This document shows, in pieces, positions 1 through 10,578 of a stretch of 64,000 nucleotides of DNA. The translations under genes and the position numbers were made by a program. The notes beneath the pieces were generated by a model, which saw only the letters and a program-made list of their open reading frames with translations, was not told the DNA's origin and searched no databases. This stretch comes from an uncultured Nitrososphaeraceae archaeon (lineage in GTDB: Archaea; Thermoproteota; Nitrososphaeria; Nitrososphaerales; Nitrososphaeraceae). Within the stretch, counting starts at the first letter, position 1; each line of letters begins with the position of its first letter. The stretch is from contig CAVSMN010000012.1 of the NCBI GenBank assembly GCA_963729045.1, positions 128,001 through 192,000 of the forward strand, given 5' to 3'.

Positions 1-231
1 TGATGACTATTGCTACCTGCCTACTAATATTAATAGTACTAACTACTCCGGTCAATCGGTCATCAATAGTTAATAAATCAATTCCATATCAGATTTAATA
101 AACCAGTAATTGGTTGTTTAATGATCGTTCCCAAGAAAATATTGTTTATTAGGATGTCCAAACTTCTTATTAGATGATATTCTCACTACAAAATAAATAA
201 ATGCATACATCTTCCGTAATTTACTGCATGA

Positions 232-579
232 TTAGCTGCTGAAAGTCCCATTATTTGTTGCTATTTTATCGGCACCGGGTATCTCCGACCATACTGCGGG
301 ATCTATTATATTAATAATATTTAGTATTCCTATGAACATCATAAATACGATTATGGATATGAAACCTATTTTAGAAAATAATATTCCCATTTTGTCATTG
401 TCATTTAGATAATTGAAGCAAGCAACTGAAAACATAATTACAATAACTACTGCAATAGTTACAAACATTGAACGATTGGGAAATTCGGCTGGAGAAAATG
501 AAGAAATTGTAAGTAATATTAGGAATCCACCAATGATAGTGGCATCGATCATTAGTAGATCTTTGGGATTCATCTTCAT
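232..579 (-). CDS. small multi-pass membrane protein, unknown function
   Basis: 115-aa ORF with three hydrophobic segments; TATA-like TTTATAAA about 26-33 nt upstream of the ATG. Confidence 0.7.
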   Translation of the reverse strand: MKMNPKDLLMIDATIIGGFLILLTISSFSPAEFPNRSMFVTIAVVIVIMFSVACFNYLNDNDKMGILFSKIGFISIIVFMMFIGILNIINIIDPAVWSEIPGADKIATNNGTFSS

Positions 580-717
580 ACGGACATGGCCTCAGACTTA
601 TATCTTTATAAATTCCATTCTGACATTTGAACTTGTAGCATAATTATTACTAAACCTACTAGCTACTCTCTTACTGAATATCAGTTGGAAAGGTATAACT
701 CTCAATAGATTTTCTAT

Positions 718-1891
718 CTATAGTTTGAATATTATTTTTGTCGCCTCTTGTTCCTTATTGTCAAAAATCTCATAAGCTTTCGGAGCTTCATCAAGTTTCA
801 TTGTATGACTAATTATTTTGGTAGCATCTATTCTGCCAGTTTCAATTAAATGCAGTAGTTGTTCATTATATTTCTTGACAGGACATTGTCCAAGTCTAAT
901 AGAAAGTTCTTTGTTCCACATTTGGCCAAAAGGAAATTTGTCGTAGGTTGAGCTGTAAGCTCCAGGAACCGATAGGGTAGAGAATTTTCTAGCACTCTGA
1001 CACATCCAATCAAGCACCTGGATTGGGTTAGCAGGTTCATAAATGGGATCGGAAACCTTAGAATGATCATGGATGCCACCAGAAGTCGTTACCATTACCT
1101 GAACCTGTTGTATGACCAACAGCCTCAAATCCGACTGCATCAATGCATAAGACTCCCTTTCCTTTGGATTCTTTATGGAGTACTTCAACAGGATTGTCCT
1201 TATCAAAATTTATGATTTCAGCCCCTAAATCCTTAGTCTTTGACAAGCGCTCATCTAAATGATCGATTGAAAAGACTCGAGCAGCTCCTCTAAGAAAGGA
1301 ACTCATAACTGCAAAATACCCAACAGGACCAGCACCAAAAACTGCCACATCATCGCCTGGCTGTACATTAGCCATGTCAGCCCCAAAGTATCCGGTTGGA
1401 AGTATATCACTAAGAAATAAAACTTGTTCATCTTTAGATATGCTATCAGGAACTTTGAGTGATGCAACAGTATTTGCGAAGGGTACCCTGACATACTCAG
1501 CTTGACCACCATCATAACCCCCTAACAACTGAGTGTAACCGAAAGCAGCCCCGACTTCTCCTTTAGGGTTTGATCTATTACATTGAGACCAAAACCCCCG
1601 GTTACAAAACCAACACTGTCCACAACTTATGTTAAATGGAATTACAACTCTGTCTCCCTCCTTAATCTCATGCACTGCCGGACCAACTTCTTCTATTACT
1701 CCCATGAATTCGTGACCTAAAGTCTGACCTGGTTCCATTCCTGGAGTCACCCCATGATAAAGATGCAAATCAGAGCCACAAATTGCTGAAGATGTTACCT
1801 TTAATATGATATCTTCTCTATCCTTAATCTGAGGTTTTGGTTTGTCATCGATTCGGACATCTTTAACTCCATGATATACTAGTGATTTCAC
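718..1891 (-). CDS. Zn-dependent alcohol/aldehyde dehydrogenase (glutathione-independent formaldehyde dehydrogenase-like), frameshift near 1085-1100
   Basis: ICGSDLH, GHEFMG, CGQCWFC...C, LSDILPTG and GAGPVG motifs in 1067-1891; C-terminal half (GQCPVKKY, ISHTMKLDEAPKAYEIF) continues in another frame to 718. Confidence 0.9.
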
Positions 1892-1910
1892 ATATCAAGA
1901 ATGTTAACAT

Positions 1911-1918
1911 GATATAAA
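1911..1918 (-). promoter_or_regulatory. putative archaeal TATA box, leaderless-type spacing
   Basis: TTTATATC on the minus strand 20-27 nt upstream of the GTG start at 1891. Confidence 0.45.
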
Positions 1919-2929
1919 GTCGTAGTTTATTTTGGATCTAATTTATTTATGATTTGAATAATATAAGAAAACATTCCTAGATTTAGATAATCTCTAATTC
2001 CAGGATTATTTAGGAGTTAATAAACTTCAATCCTAGACTAGTAATATATCTATTACTAAAGTCACCGAACCCGCTTCTATATGCCATTAAATTGGATAGC
2101 TGATGAGGAATATACATACATGCACGGAGATAGTGACAACCAATAAAAATTCGAAAGTCTCATTGATACTCGGCTCCTTTACTCTACACGTCACGAAATC
2201 ATTAATGAAATTGAGCAAGCAACAGACTTTAAGCGGGAAAAAATCCATTTTTGAATTAAACTCAAAGGCTTTTCGGGGATTTTTAAAAGTGAACTCAAAA
2301 TATCAAATAGTCATCTCAATTTTTGACAAACTGGTGATATAAGGCATATGATCTAAAATTAAATTAAGAGTAATATATTGTGGTTTTTCTTGGATAAATA
2401 TTTAAACATGCTAGCTAGATACAAATAAACTTCCTATATTATTCACTGGGTTTTTTATGTTTTGAGACTGATTATACACCACTTGATAGCTTCAGCAACA
2501 AAGATGCGAAACATGGATAGATTTGTTTATTAAAAGTATGAGAGTTATAGATTTGAATCCCTATTCATATTTGCGGATCATTAAAGGTAGAAAGCGAGAT
2601 TTTGTAATAAAGGCAATAAATGCTTAAGGATGCGAAAAAAGGATAGTAAATACGTTCTTTCAAATGATCAAACCTAAGCGGGATGAATTAAAACAGAAGT
2701 GTCGGTTGTCGAGTGATATTCGCCTCTACATTTACTACCAACTAAAAAGAAATTAGGCATACTATTACGAAAATACATTTTTGTTCTCATATACAACACC
2801 GTATAATAACGTTGCTGTCTCAAAAACGTTAAGCTAATGAATCATACTAGCGAATCTTGCAAGTAAAATAATAAACTTGAAAATACGTTATACTAGATTA
2901 TTAATAACCTTTTTTGCATAGAAAAAGAT

Positions 2930-3115
2930 ATGAGTTTAGTTGGAGGAATAATTGTTTTAATAATAGGAATCATATTATATGCGATAGCTGGAATGTTACC
3001 ACCAGTAGCCACAAGAATTGCTAGAATTCTAGGAATTGTTTTGGCGATCATAGGTGTTATCCTAATTGTGCTTGCAGCTGTAGGAGTTGCATTTGGTTTG
3101 GCTCTACCATTGTAA
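2930..3115 (+). CDS. small two-helix membrane protein
   Basis: 61-aa ATG ORF, two hydrophobic helices joined by PPVATRIAR; T-rich tract after the stop. Confidence 0.65.
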   Translation: MSLVGGIIVLIIGIILYAIAGMLPPVATRIARILGIVLAIIGVILIVLAAVGVAFGLALPL

Positions 3116-3325
3116 ACTTTTGTAATTGAAATCAAATTAGGTGCACATCAATACTTTTTTTAAGCAATCTACATTCTATGATGTACTCTTTCATATTTTC
3201 TGACTTGTCGCATAATCTTGTCTGCCTAGTTCATTGATTTAATATCCTGAAAAATGGGGGAGAGTTCATGTCAAATACTGCAACGATACTAGCATATATG
3301 ATCGACGATCTATTGCCACAAATAA

Positions 3326-3832
3326 CTATTTTTTCTTTGAGCCAAAAACATGCATATATCTAACAATGATATTTATGACGGTATATGACAATACGGAAGC
3401 AATTATAGAAGAGATGGTTGTCGATTCTATTGCCGAATATTCCAATTTTAGCAGCTGAACCATGAGAATGAATCTCGTGATGTTATTTACAATATCAAAA
3501 ATAGAGCTAGCGAATAACATTTTGATAAGAATTTGCTTGAATTTTTGAATATTTAGTTTTCCAGTTAATTTCTTTGTATATCTTTGTTTGTTGTCTAGGT
3601 GAAAGAGAATCGCAAAAATTAATTTGTAAGTGAGATAACCAGTTATAACTGTCAAAGCTGAGTTTAGTACAAAATCGATGGAATATTCAGCAGAAATGTG
3701 TGCAACGACTAAACTAAGCACGAACCCTGAAATCCCTGAAATTAATAAATTCTTGTTTAAGGAAAAGGTATTGTAATATTTCAAATAAGTATCTTTGAAG
3801 AACCTGTTAATTTTATCAACTCTCCATTTCAC
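3326..3832 (-). CDS. hypothetical 4-TM membrane protein
   Basis: 168-aa ORF with four hydrophobic stretches. Confidence 0.65.
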   Translation of the reverse strand: MKWRVDKINRFFKDTYLKYYNTFSLNKNLLISGISGFVLSLVVAHISAEYSIDFVLNSALTVITGYLTYKLIFAILFHLDNKQRYTKKLTGKLNIQKFKQILIKMLFASSIFDIVNNITRFILMVQLLKLEYSAIESTTISSIIASVLSYTVINIIVRYMHVFGSKKK

Positions 3833-4411
3833 TTATAATCAAAAATATGCAATTAATATATAAATACATGGAATAATTAAAATTAAATATGCATTGATAC
3901 GGCCTTTTTCGAACTATTTTAAATAGCTATGCGATTGGTCTTTTTTTAGACACTCACTCCAGTATTATGCATTGTCTAAACCTTGAGATCTGACTATCTC
4001 GATTATCAAAATGACATTTGTGGGGGTGTAGCGAAAGTATTATTTGTACTGCGTCGTCTTCCGATTTGTTGTATAAAAGTCATTATTATTTGTCATACTA
4101 GCCCTTATATTGCAGCAATCCAAACCGACAAATGTAAAACTATTGTCAGAATTTCCTTAAATAAACTCAAATTTAAGCATGCTATTCATCGATACGTTCC
4201 TTATTGTTGGCCTTATGCTGATTTAAGAAAAGATTTTATTCTTTATATTGTGCTTATGTCTTATAATTTAAAAGCACATACCGTTCTGGTTTCAGATAAA
4301 CTCCAATAATCATCATCAAAAAAAAGCATAAAATAGGAAGAGGATCGCACTTTTGCAAAAAGAGAAATAGATACCATATCTGCTTAATTATAATGTATTA
4401 GAAAATGTATT

Positions 4412-4732
4412 ATGACCAAAAATTTAAAGGGCTTCAGAGTACAGAAACTGAGAAATTCAATAAAATTTTATTTACCCCGAATAGAAGGATACCTTGAAGT
4501 TGTAAAAAAGTTATCTGGCGAGTTTGAAGGGATGACTCTAATAGAGTTTGATGGCTATTTTGAAAAGAAAATCGAACCCACAAAGTATGTTCGGGTAGAA
4601 GTACATAAGAATAAACTAAACGAAAAGAGCTTGATAAAACTGGCAAACGAACTCAGAATGATTTTAAAACAAAAGAGTATCGCAATAGAGATAAACAATG
4701 AAATGATCTTGGTGGAAGCTGATAACGGCTGA
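4412..4732 (+). CDS. small hypothetical protein, possible ferredoxin/PII-like fold
   Basis: 106-aa ATG ORF with a TATA-like element upstream; fold guessed from the beta-alpha pattern only. Confidence 0.6.
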   Translation: MTKNLKGFRVQKLRNSIKFYLPRIEGYLEVVKKLSGEFEGMTLIEFDGYFEKKIEPTKYVRVEVHKNKLNEKSLIKLANELRMILKQKSIAIEINNEMILVEADNG

Positions 4733-5061
4733 AATTGAAAAGAAACCTGTCCATTTGAACAACTCATTGAATATGATTTAATGGTTATCTAATGAATGTA
4801 AACCAGTTTCTGTGTGTATTTGATATATCCTGCATAATTAAATTTTCAGGAAGATATTATCTTTACCCTCTATGATGATAATAGAATATCTTGGGGGTCG
4901 GTAAAAGTTGACGTCGTTCTCATGCTAATTTATATGTTAATTAATCTAAACATTCAATTTTTAAAAAATGTTCTTATATATTGGTATGTATATTAAATCG
5001 GGTTATTTTGTTGAGGTTATCTCAAAAAAGGCAAAAGGTCGTGAAAAAAAGAATGAATCTG

Positions 5062-5833
5062 TTACTGAAGATTTAGTTTACACCTAGGGATTGGTAACTC
5101 ATGTTTATGTCTATTGTTTCTTATCCACTCAATAACGGTTCTAACATCTTTTTGATCCACGCCCACTATTTCAGGGACTGGCGAATTTTTCAATATCTTG
5201 TCAAAATTTATTTGACCAAGAATTTTGTCAATAGTTTCATATGAGACTCCGATTTCACCTTCGGCGGTCTGTCCCTTCCATAACCTTGCACTACTTTGTT
5301 TTTCAATAATATGCTGTGGTATCTTCAATATACTTGGCAATTTTCCTAACTTCTGTTTTATACAGGTCTGCTATTGGAAAAATATCTGCTCCTCCATCCC
5401 CATATTTTGTGAAGTAACCCAGTTGCAATTCACTTTTATCTGCAGTTCCCACCACTATGCCTCCCATAACGGCGGCATAGTAATAGAGAATTGCCATCCT
5501 TAATCTTACCAGAAAATTGGCTTTTGCTAATTTGTTCCGAGGGAAAGTTCTTTATTATATGATTTTTACCCTTACCAATATCAATTAACTCATATTAATG
5601 TTCAATTTTTTTGAGATTTCTAATCCATGTTTTACATCAACCTTAGGAGTTACAGAATAGTCCGGAAGTAACAGGCCGAATACCTTATCAGATCCCAAAG
5701 CTTGTGCTGAGAGATATGCCGTAACAGTCGAATCTATCCCACCGCTAATTCCAATGACAACACAATTAGCGTTTCTTGACTTGGCCTCTTTGTTCAAAAA
5801 TCTTGAAATTTTCTTTAATACTTTTCTCTTCAT
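5062..5833 (-). CDS. nadE: NH3-dependent NAD+ synthetase, split by frameshifts
   Basis: GISGGIDS in 5585-5833, GYFTKYGDG and PIADLYKTEV in 5303-5497, SARLWKGQTAE...NRHK in 5062-5340. Confidence 0.9.
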
Positions 5834-6384
5834 CCAAGATTCATTAAACCCCTTCTAAATGTAGCAAGTCGCATATGCCTCAAAATGTAATTATCTTTTA
5901 TAATTTAAATTAATGGCTTGGAATCTAATTCAGAGATTGGATTAGTATTTGAGATCATGCTATAAGCAGATATTTACCATCAATTGAATATCTTGACCTT
6001 TTCTTTATCGTTACTTTATCTACTAAGGGATTTCATCAAAATAATTTCTTAGGAGAGGAAAATTGATTTATTCTTGATATCTCATAACAATTCAACCTTT
6101 GCTAACTTGTTTGACTTTCCAATTCATGATAAATTAGAACGCATAGATAATTCAGTTGGATGTTTGACAACGTCTGCTAATACCAAAAGTGTCTGACATT
6201 TTTGGACAATCATTGATATTAATCTCGACCTGAAAGAATATCGGTCTGAATGTCCCATTAATACTCTGAATTCTTTGTAATGATCAAATTCTTCGAAATA
6301 TCATCTTAGCAAATTATCTCACTATTAATAATAAGTAATTATAGAATCATGTTTCCTTAGATCTTACAAGTAAGCATAGATGGT

Positions 6385-7110
6385 CTAAGGATTTTTGTTC
6401 TTTATTTGAGTCATAGTTATCTTATCATCATGACAACACCAATCAATCAGAAATTTTCCAGCTGATTGAGTATCTTCGTAAATTCTTTTAATGACAAAAT
6501 CATTATCATTTGGAATACAATGAAAATCTGAGAGTTCAAGTGGAGTATTATTGAGTGTAATAATATACTCGATGTTGGCCTTCACAGCAGAGTCAACACC
6601 TAGTGGTGAATTTTCGACAACTAGGGCTTCAGAGGGTTTTAGTTTTAGTTTAGAAAGCGCCGTATTAAACGGTTCAGGACTTGGTTTGCCCTCTTCCAAT
6701 TCCTCGCCAGATAGGATCAAATCAAATTTACCAAGGTTGTTTTGTTCTAATAGGAATTCTACCTCTTTCCTAGATGCCCCACTCACTACAGCCTTTAAGC
6801 AATTCTCACAATTGAGTGAGCCAATTAATTCTTTTACCCCAGGAAAAGCTGTTGCTCTTTGGATCTTTTCAAATAATTCTTTTTTCCGATTACTAATTTT
6901 TTCTACAAGGTTCTCATCAGGTGATTTGAGATTGTTTCGTTTGAAAATTTCCTGAATAAGTACGGGGCTAGGCATCCCCTCAAGTAAGAACACATTTCTT
7001 TTGTCGATCTCAAATTTAACTATTTCTCTAAATGCGATTTGAAAAGCCTCTGCATGAAATGGCATTGCATCTATTAGTACGCCATCCATGTCAAACAAAA
7101 TTCCTTTCAA
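6385..7110 (-). CDS. HAD-family phosphatase (beta-phosphoglucomutase-like)
   Basis: FDMDGVL motif I, GKPSPEPF, VVENSPLG. Confidence 0.9.
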   Translation of the reverse strand: MKGILFDMDGVLIDAMPFHAEAFQIAFREIVKFEIDKRNVFLLEGMPSPVLIQEIFKRNNLKSPDENLVEKISNRKKELFEKIQRATAFPGVKELIGSLNCENCLKAVVSGASRKEVEFLLEQNNLGKFDLILSGEELEEGKPSPEPFNTALSKLKLKPSEALVVENSPLGVDSAVKANIEYIITLNNTPLELSDFHCIPNDNDFVIKRIYEDTQSAGKFLIDWCCHDDKITMTQIKNKNP

Positions 7111-7557
7111 CTTTAACGAACAAACTTCCGTTCAATAATATAAAGTAGTGTGAATAATAGAATATATGCTGATCCCGCCAGTTTGGAACAGAAAGGGCCT
7201 ACTCATTGGGGCCTGTCAGTCAAATGGACTAACTATCTTCCTTGATAAAACAGTAAGAATTGGCATTTGTCCTTACTTCATAAAAAATTCGTTGTATCAT
7301 CATAAATAAAGGTAGAGAAAATATTTCATACTTTGATTAAATGAATATCTTCACGTTAATAGATAGCATAAAATAAATAGATTTTTTTATTAAATCAATC
7401 TCAAATTAAATGGTAGATTGATAAATTATAATTTCTTTAAAGAGAACATGGAGTTAAATATTAGTGGTCAAACACTTGATCAAATATATAACCAAAAATG
7501 AACTTTTAACTAATAAATTAATCCCAATATCATAGTATTAACATAACATAGTTACTT

Positions 7558-7938
7558 TCATTGTTGTAATACACTATCAATGATTTCTCTTAATGCTGCA
7601 ATTTTGACTGGTTTTTGAACAATTTCGTTTATCTTGGCTAGCTTGTATGTCTCACTTATCATTAAATCCTCAACCATAAATGCTGTTATCAGAATGATTT
7701 TGATCTTATCATTAAATTTTCTAATCTCAGCAGCAAGCTCTATTCCTGACATCTGTGGCATCCGTAGATCAGTTAGTATCAGTGAAATCTCCTTTGTCCC
7801 TTGCTTAAAAAATTCGAGTGCCATTAGGGGATCAGTGAAGGTTACTGTATCATAACCCATATTTTCTAGAAATGCCTTAAATAATGAAGCCAGTTCCTTT
7901 TCGTCTTCAACGACCATTATAGACGTAGGTTCTGACAT
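7558..7938 (-). CDS. stand-alone response regulator receiver (CheY-like)
   Basis: VVEDE, LTDLRMPQMSG (phospho-Asp), ITAF, QKPV. Confidence 0.93.
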   Translation of the reverse strand: MSEPTSIMVVEDEKELASLFKAFLENMGYDTVTFTDPLMALEFFKQGTKEISLILTDLRMPQMSGIELAAEIRKFNDKIKIILITAFMVEDLMISETYKLAKINEIVQKPVKIAALREIIDSVLQQ

Positions 7939-8809
7939 ATCGAATACTTTAGCAAGTCAATATTTAACCGTTTTTAATATCAATAATGACTAGGAAATTG
8001 CTTCTGGTCACACGAGTTCAGCTAAATACACTATGGAAAGAAATCTCGTTTAATTGTTAAATGATCAACTCTGCAATGCTAATTCTCATAAAAAATTTAT
8101 AGCTTTTTCTTACCTGACTAAGGCTAATCCGATTTGGTATGCGTAAATCAAGTCATCTCTCCAATGAAGTCATACTAAAAAATGAAACTAAGAATTTTAA
8201 TAGCCCATGCTCTGCAACCTATAAAGTTCAAATGATAATTTTAAGATCTCTTGCGTAATAATCCAAACATCTTTTATGAAAAGATGTGTGAATATATCGC
8301 AATCTCTAAATTATTTTAAGAGATACAAGAAGAAAAATCAAACGATATTTGTCTTGCAAATGAGGTTGAATATGTTGTTGACCGTTTAATTACTTATAAA
8401 TGTGAGATGTGTATAGATATATTAAGGAAAATTAATTAAGGGTTTGTGTCTCAAGTGACACAGGTTAATTTTTCTCATATATACAAAATTTTCCTACTAC
8501 CGATAATAAAATTCAATCCAATCCAATCAACCGATTGTGTACTAATATTAGATAATATATTAACCAAGTTATAAAAGATAAAAGATAAAAGGGAATCTGC
8601 ATTAGTTGCAGGGTTTTTATAATATCAAAAAATTAGGTTGATGTTTTATAATCATTTGACCGATATTTAACACGGTTCATAATTGTTACTGGTTTTTATT
8701 AAAATTCCTAATTATCTTACAATATTAATTATTAGATCTTACATAGTTAGCCAAACAGTTTTCTGTCCTTCTATCTTTTAGATAAGCCTGTCTTCCTTCC
8801 TTCCTTCCT

Positions 8810-9807
8810 TTGCTATCGTATGGTGTGAAAGGTTATCCACAAAACCATTACTTACTTTTCAAATCGTTCACTGGTCTTTTAATCAAACAGTTTGATGACA
8901 TCTATCAAACTATAGAATCAAAATACCAAACATGATAAAACGTCTTCTGTCTCGTAGAAAAGATAGAGAAAGAGAGAAAGAAAAAGAGAGAAAGAGCAGC
9001 AGGAGCAGTAGGAAGGCGGTTTAAGCTAGACATAAAAAATAGGTTTGTTATGATTTTGGTTTACTATAACTATACATAACCTATACCTTGACCTTGACCT
9101 TGACCTTGACCGGATACCTGTTTGATTTAGACCAGAGTACCGTATGTAGAGACATTCAAAAGATTGATGGCTTGATAAGACAGTGTACCCATTCTTCAAA
9201 AACTATCAGATGACCAAAAGATTGAACAGACCAGAGGAGGAAGTTGAAGCAGTACTTTCCAGGCTTTATGACTTTTAGACTGTACAGAGCAAGAAATACC
9301 AAGACCAAAGGACAGGATGAGAAGAAAGATATACTACTCTGGCAAGAAGAAAAAACATACAGTAAAGAATCTATACACAGTAAACGAACTCGGTCTTAAT
9401 CTACAAATCAAAACATAAGCAGGTAGAGGTAGGCAGGTAGGAGACATGATTACAAAATATACAAGAAGAATCATCCTGTTATCCCAAAAGATGTATTAAT
9501 AAATTTGATTTAGGATTCCTGGGCTGGGAGTACAAAAAGACTATCCAAAACAAAACCTCTTTACCGATAAGAAAGAAAGAAAAGAATCAAAAGGATCTAA
9601 CAGAAGGAGGAAAAGGAATACAACAAAGATCTATAAAATAAGGATAATAGTAGTTGAACATACCATCTGCAGGATAAAAAATACAGGATATTGAATGATG
9701 TGTTTAGAAATAGATTAAGAAAGTACGATAAGACATAGGACATAGTATCAGGACTGGTAAACTATAGGATAATGAATTCGTTAGGCTATTTGGATAATAT
9801 TGGATAG
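8810..9807 (+). pseudogene. DDE transposase pseudogene (HTH_Tnp_4 + DDE_Tnp_4 type)
   Basis: manual translation across frames gives FKSFTGL, YLFDLDQSTVCRDI, DCTEQEIPRP, YYSGKKKKHTVK, FDLGFLG, RIVVEHTICRIK, DIVSGLVNYR; many indels and stops. Confidence 0.85.
9085..9108 (+). repeat. (ACCTTG)x4 slippage repeat inside the transposase remnant
   Basis: read directly from the sequence. Confidence 0.9.
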
Positions 9808-9859
9808 GAGACGTGATCTAGCCAGTTCTAATTACGCAAGAGATTGATTCTCTATAACT

Positions 9860-10090
9860 CTAATTTTCTTGTAAACTAAAGGAAAAAGTAGCGCCGCTAT
9901 TAGCGATTTGACAATAATTCTCTACCTTATACTATGCCCATATATTCCACAGTGAGCTTCAATGATTTTTTTCGCCAGATTTCGCCAAAATCGCATTTCC
10001 TTGGTTGATAAAAAACTTTTTTTTTGAATAGGTCGAGTATTATCCTATCATTGATATCTTCGTCTGAATCCTTCAAGTTTATTATAGAAT
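9860..10090 (-). pseudogene. remnant of a sensor histidine kinase HATPase_c C-terminus
   Basis: minus-strand fragments INLKDSDEDINDRIILDLF (decayed G1 box), KIIEAHCG/NIWA and GATFSFSL, in different frames. Confidence 0.65.
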
Positions 10091-10296
10091 ATGACACATT
10101 TTAAGATCTCTTCAATCAGTTGATCCTTATTTGGATCCGAATTCCAATTGGTTTGTGAATTTTATTATCTAACAAGTTGCAACTAGGCACTATTAATTAT
10201 TGTTAAGCCCTGAATCCTAAAGTCGTTTAGAGTTTTTGATTTGCTATATCTAACATAATCATAAATATCGTTTGATTTATCGGGATTTGGCTCAAG

Positions 10297-10578
10297 TTAC
10301 TCCAAATACAAAAGAATCTCGCTAGTAGTAATCTTCTCAATTAATTTTTTACGTTCTATTTTTAACAATAAATTGAACCCAGAATCACTCAAAAAATACG
10401 AGTGATCGTTACCGTTATACGATATCAAGCCATATTCAATGAGGTAAAACAAATATTTTTTTATTAATTCATCTGAAATGGGCAATATTCTTTGAATATT
10501 CAAATATATATTATGGAGTGGAGAGCCTTTCAAACACATTAGCAATATAGGCTGAAATATAACCGCCTGCATAACCAA
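10297..10578 (-). CDS. winged helix-turn-helix protein
   Basis: KKYLFYLIEYGLISY...YFLSDSGFNLL pattern typical of small archaeal wHTH proteins. Confidence 0.7.
   Translation of the reverse strand: MVMQAVIFQPILLMCLKGSPLHNIYLNIQRILPISDELIKKYLFYLIEYGLISYNGNDHSYFLSDSGFNLLLKIERKKLIEKITTSEILLYLE

Larger units (their letters stand above)
8244..9846 (+). mobile_element. degraded IS5-family (ISL2-like) insertion sequence; left boundary uncertain (8244 or about 8733)
   Basis: perfect 14-bp inverted repeat ATCTCTTGCGTAAT (8246-8259) / ATTACGCAAGAGAT (9831-9844) flanking a transposase remnant. Confidence 0.7.

Noticed and set aside
2103..4309. Short ORFs 2103-2342, 2893-3135 (minus) and 3983-4309
   Set aside because: No recognisable motifs, atypical composition, or antisense to a better-supported gene
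8238..10112. 15-bp direct repeat ATTTTAAGATCTCTT (8238 and 10098) as a target-site duplication
   Set aside because: The first copy overlaps the inverted repeat itself and the second lies about 250 bp outside the right end; AT-rich and not positioned like a TSD
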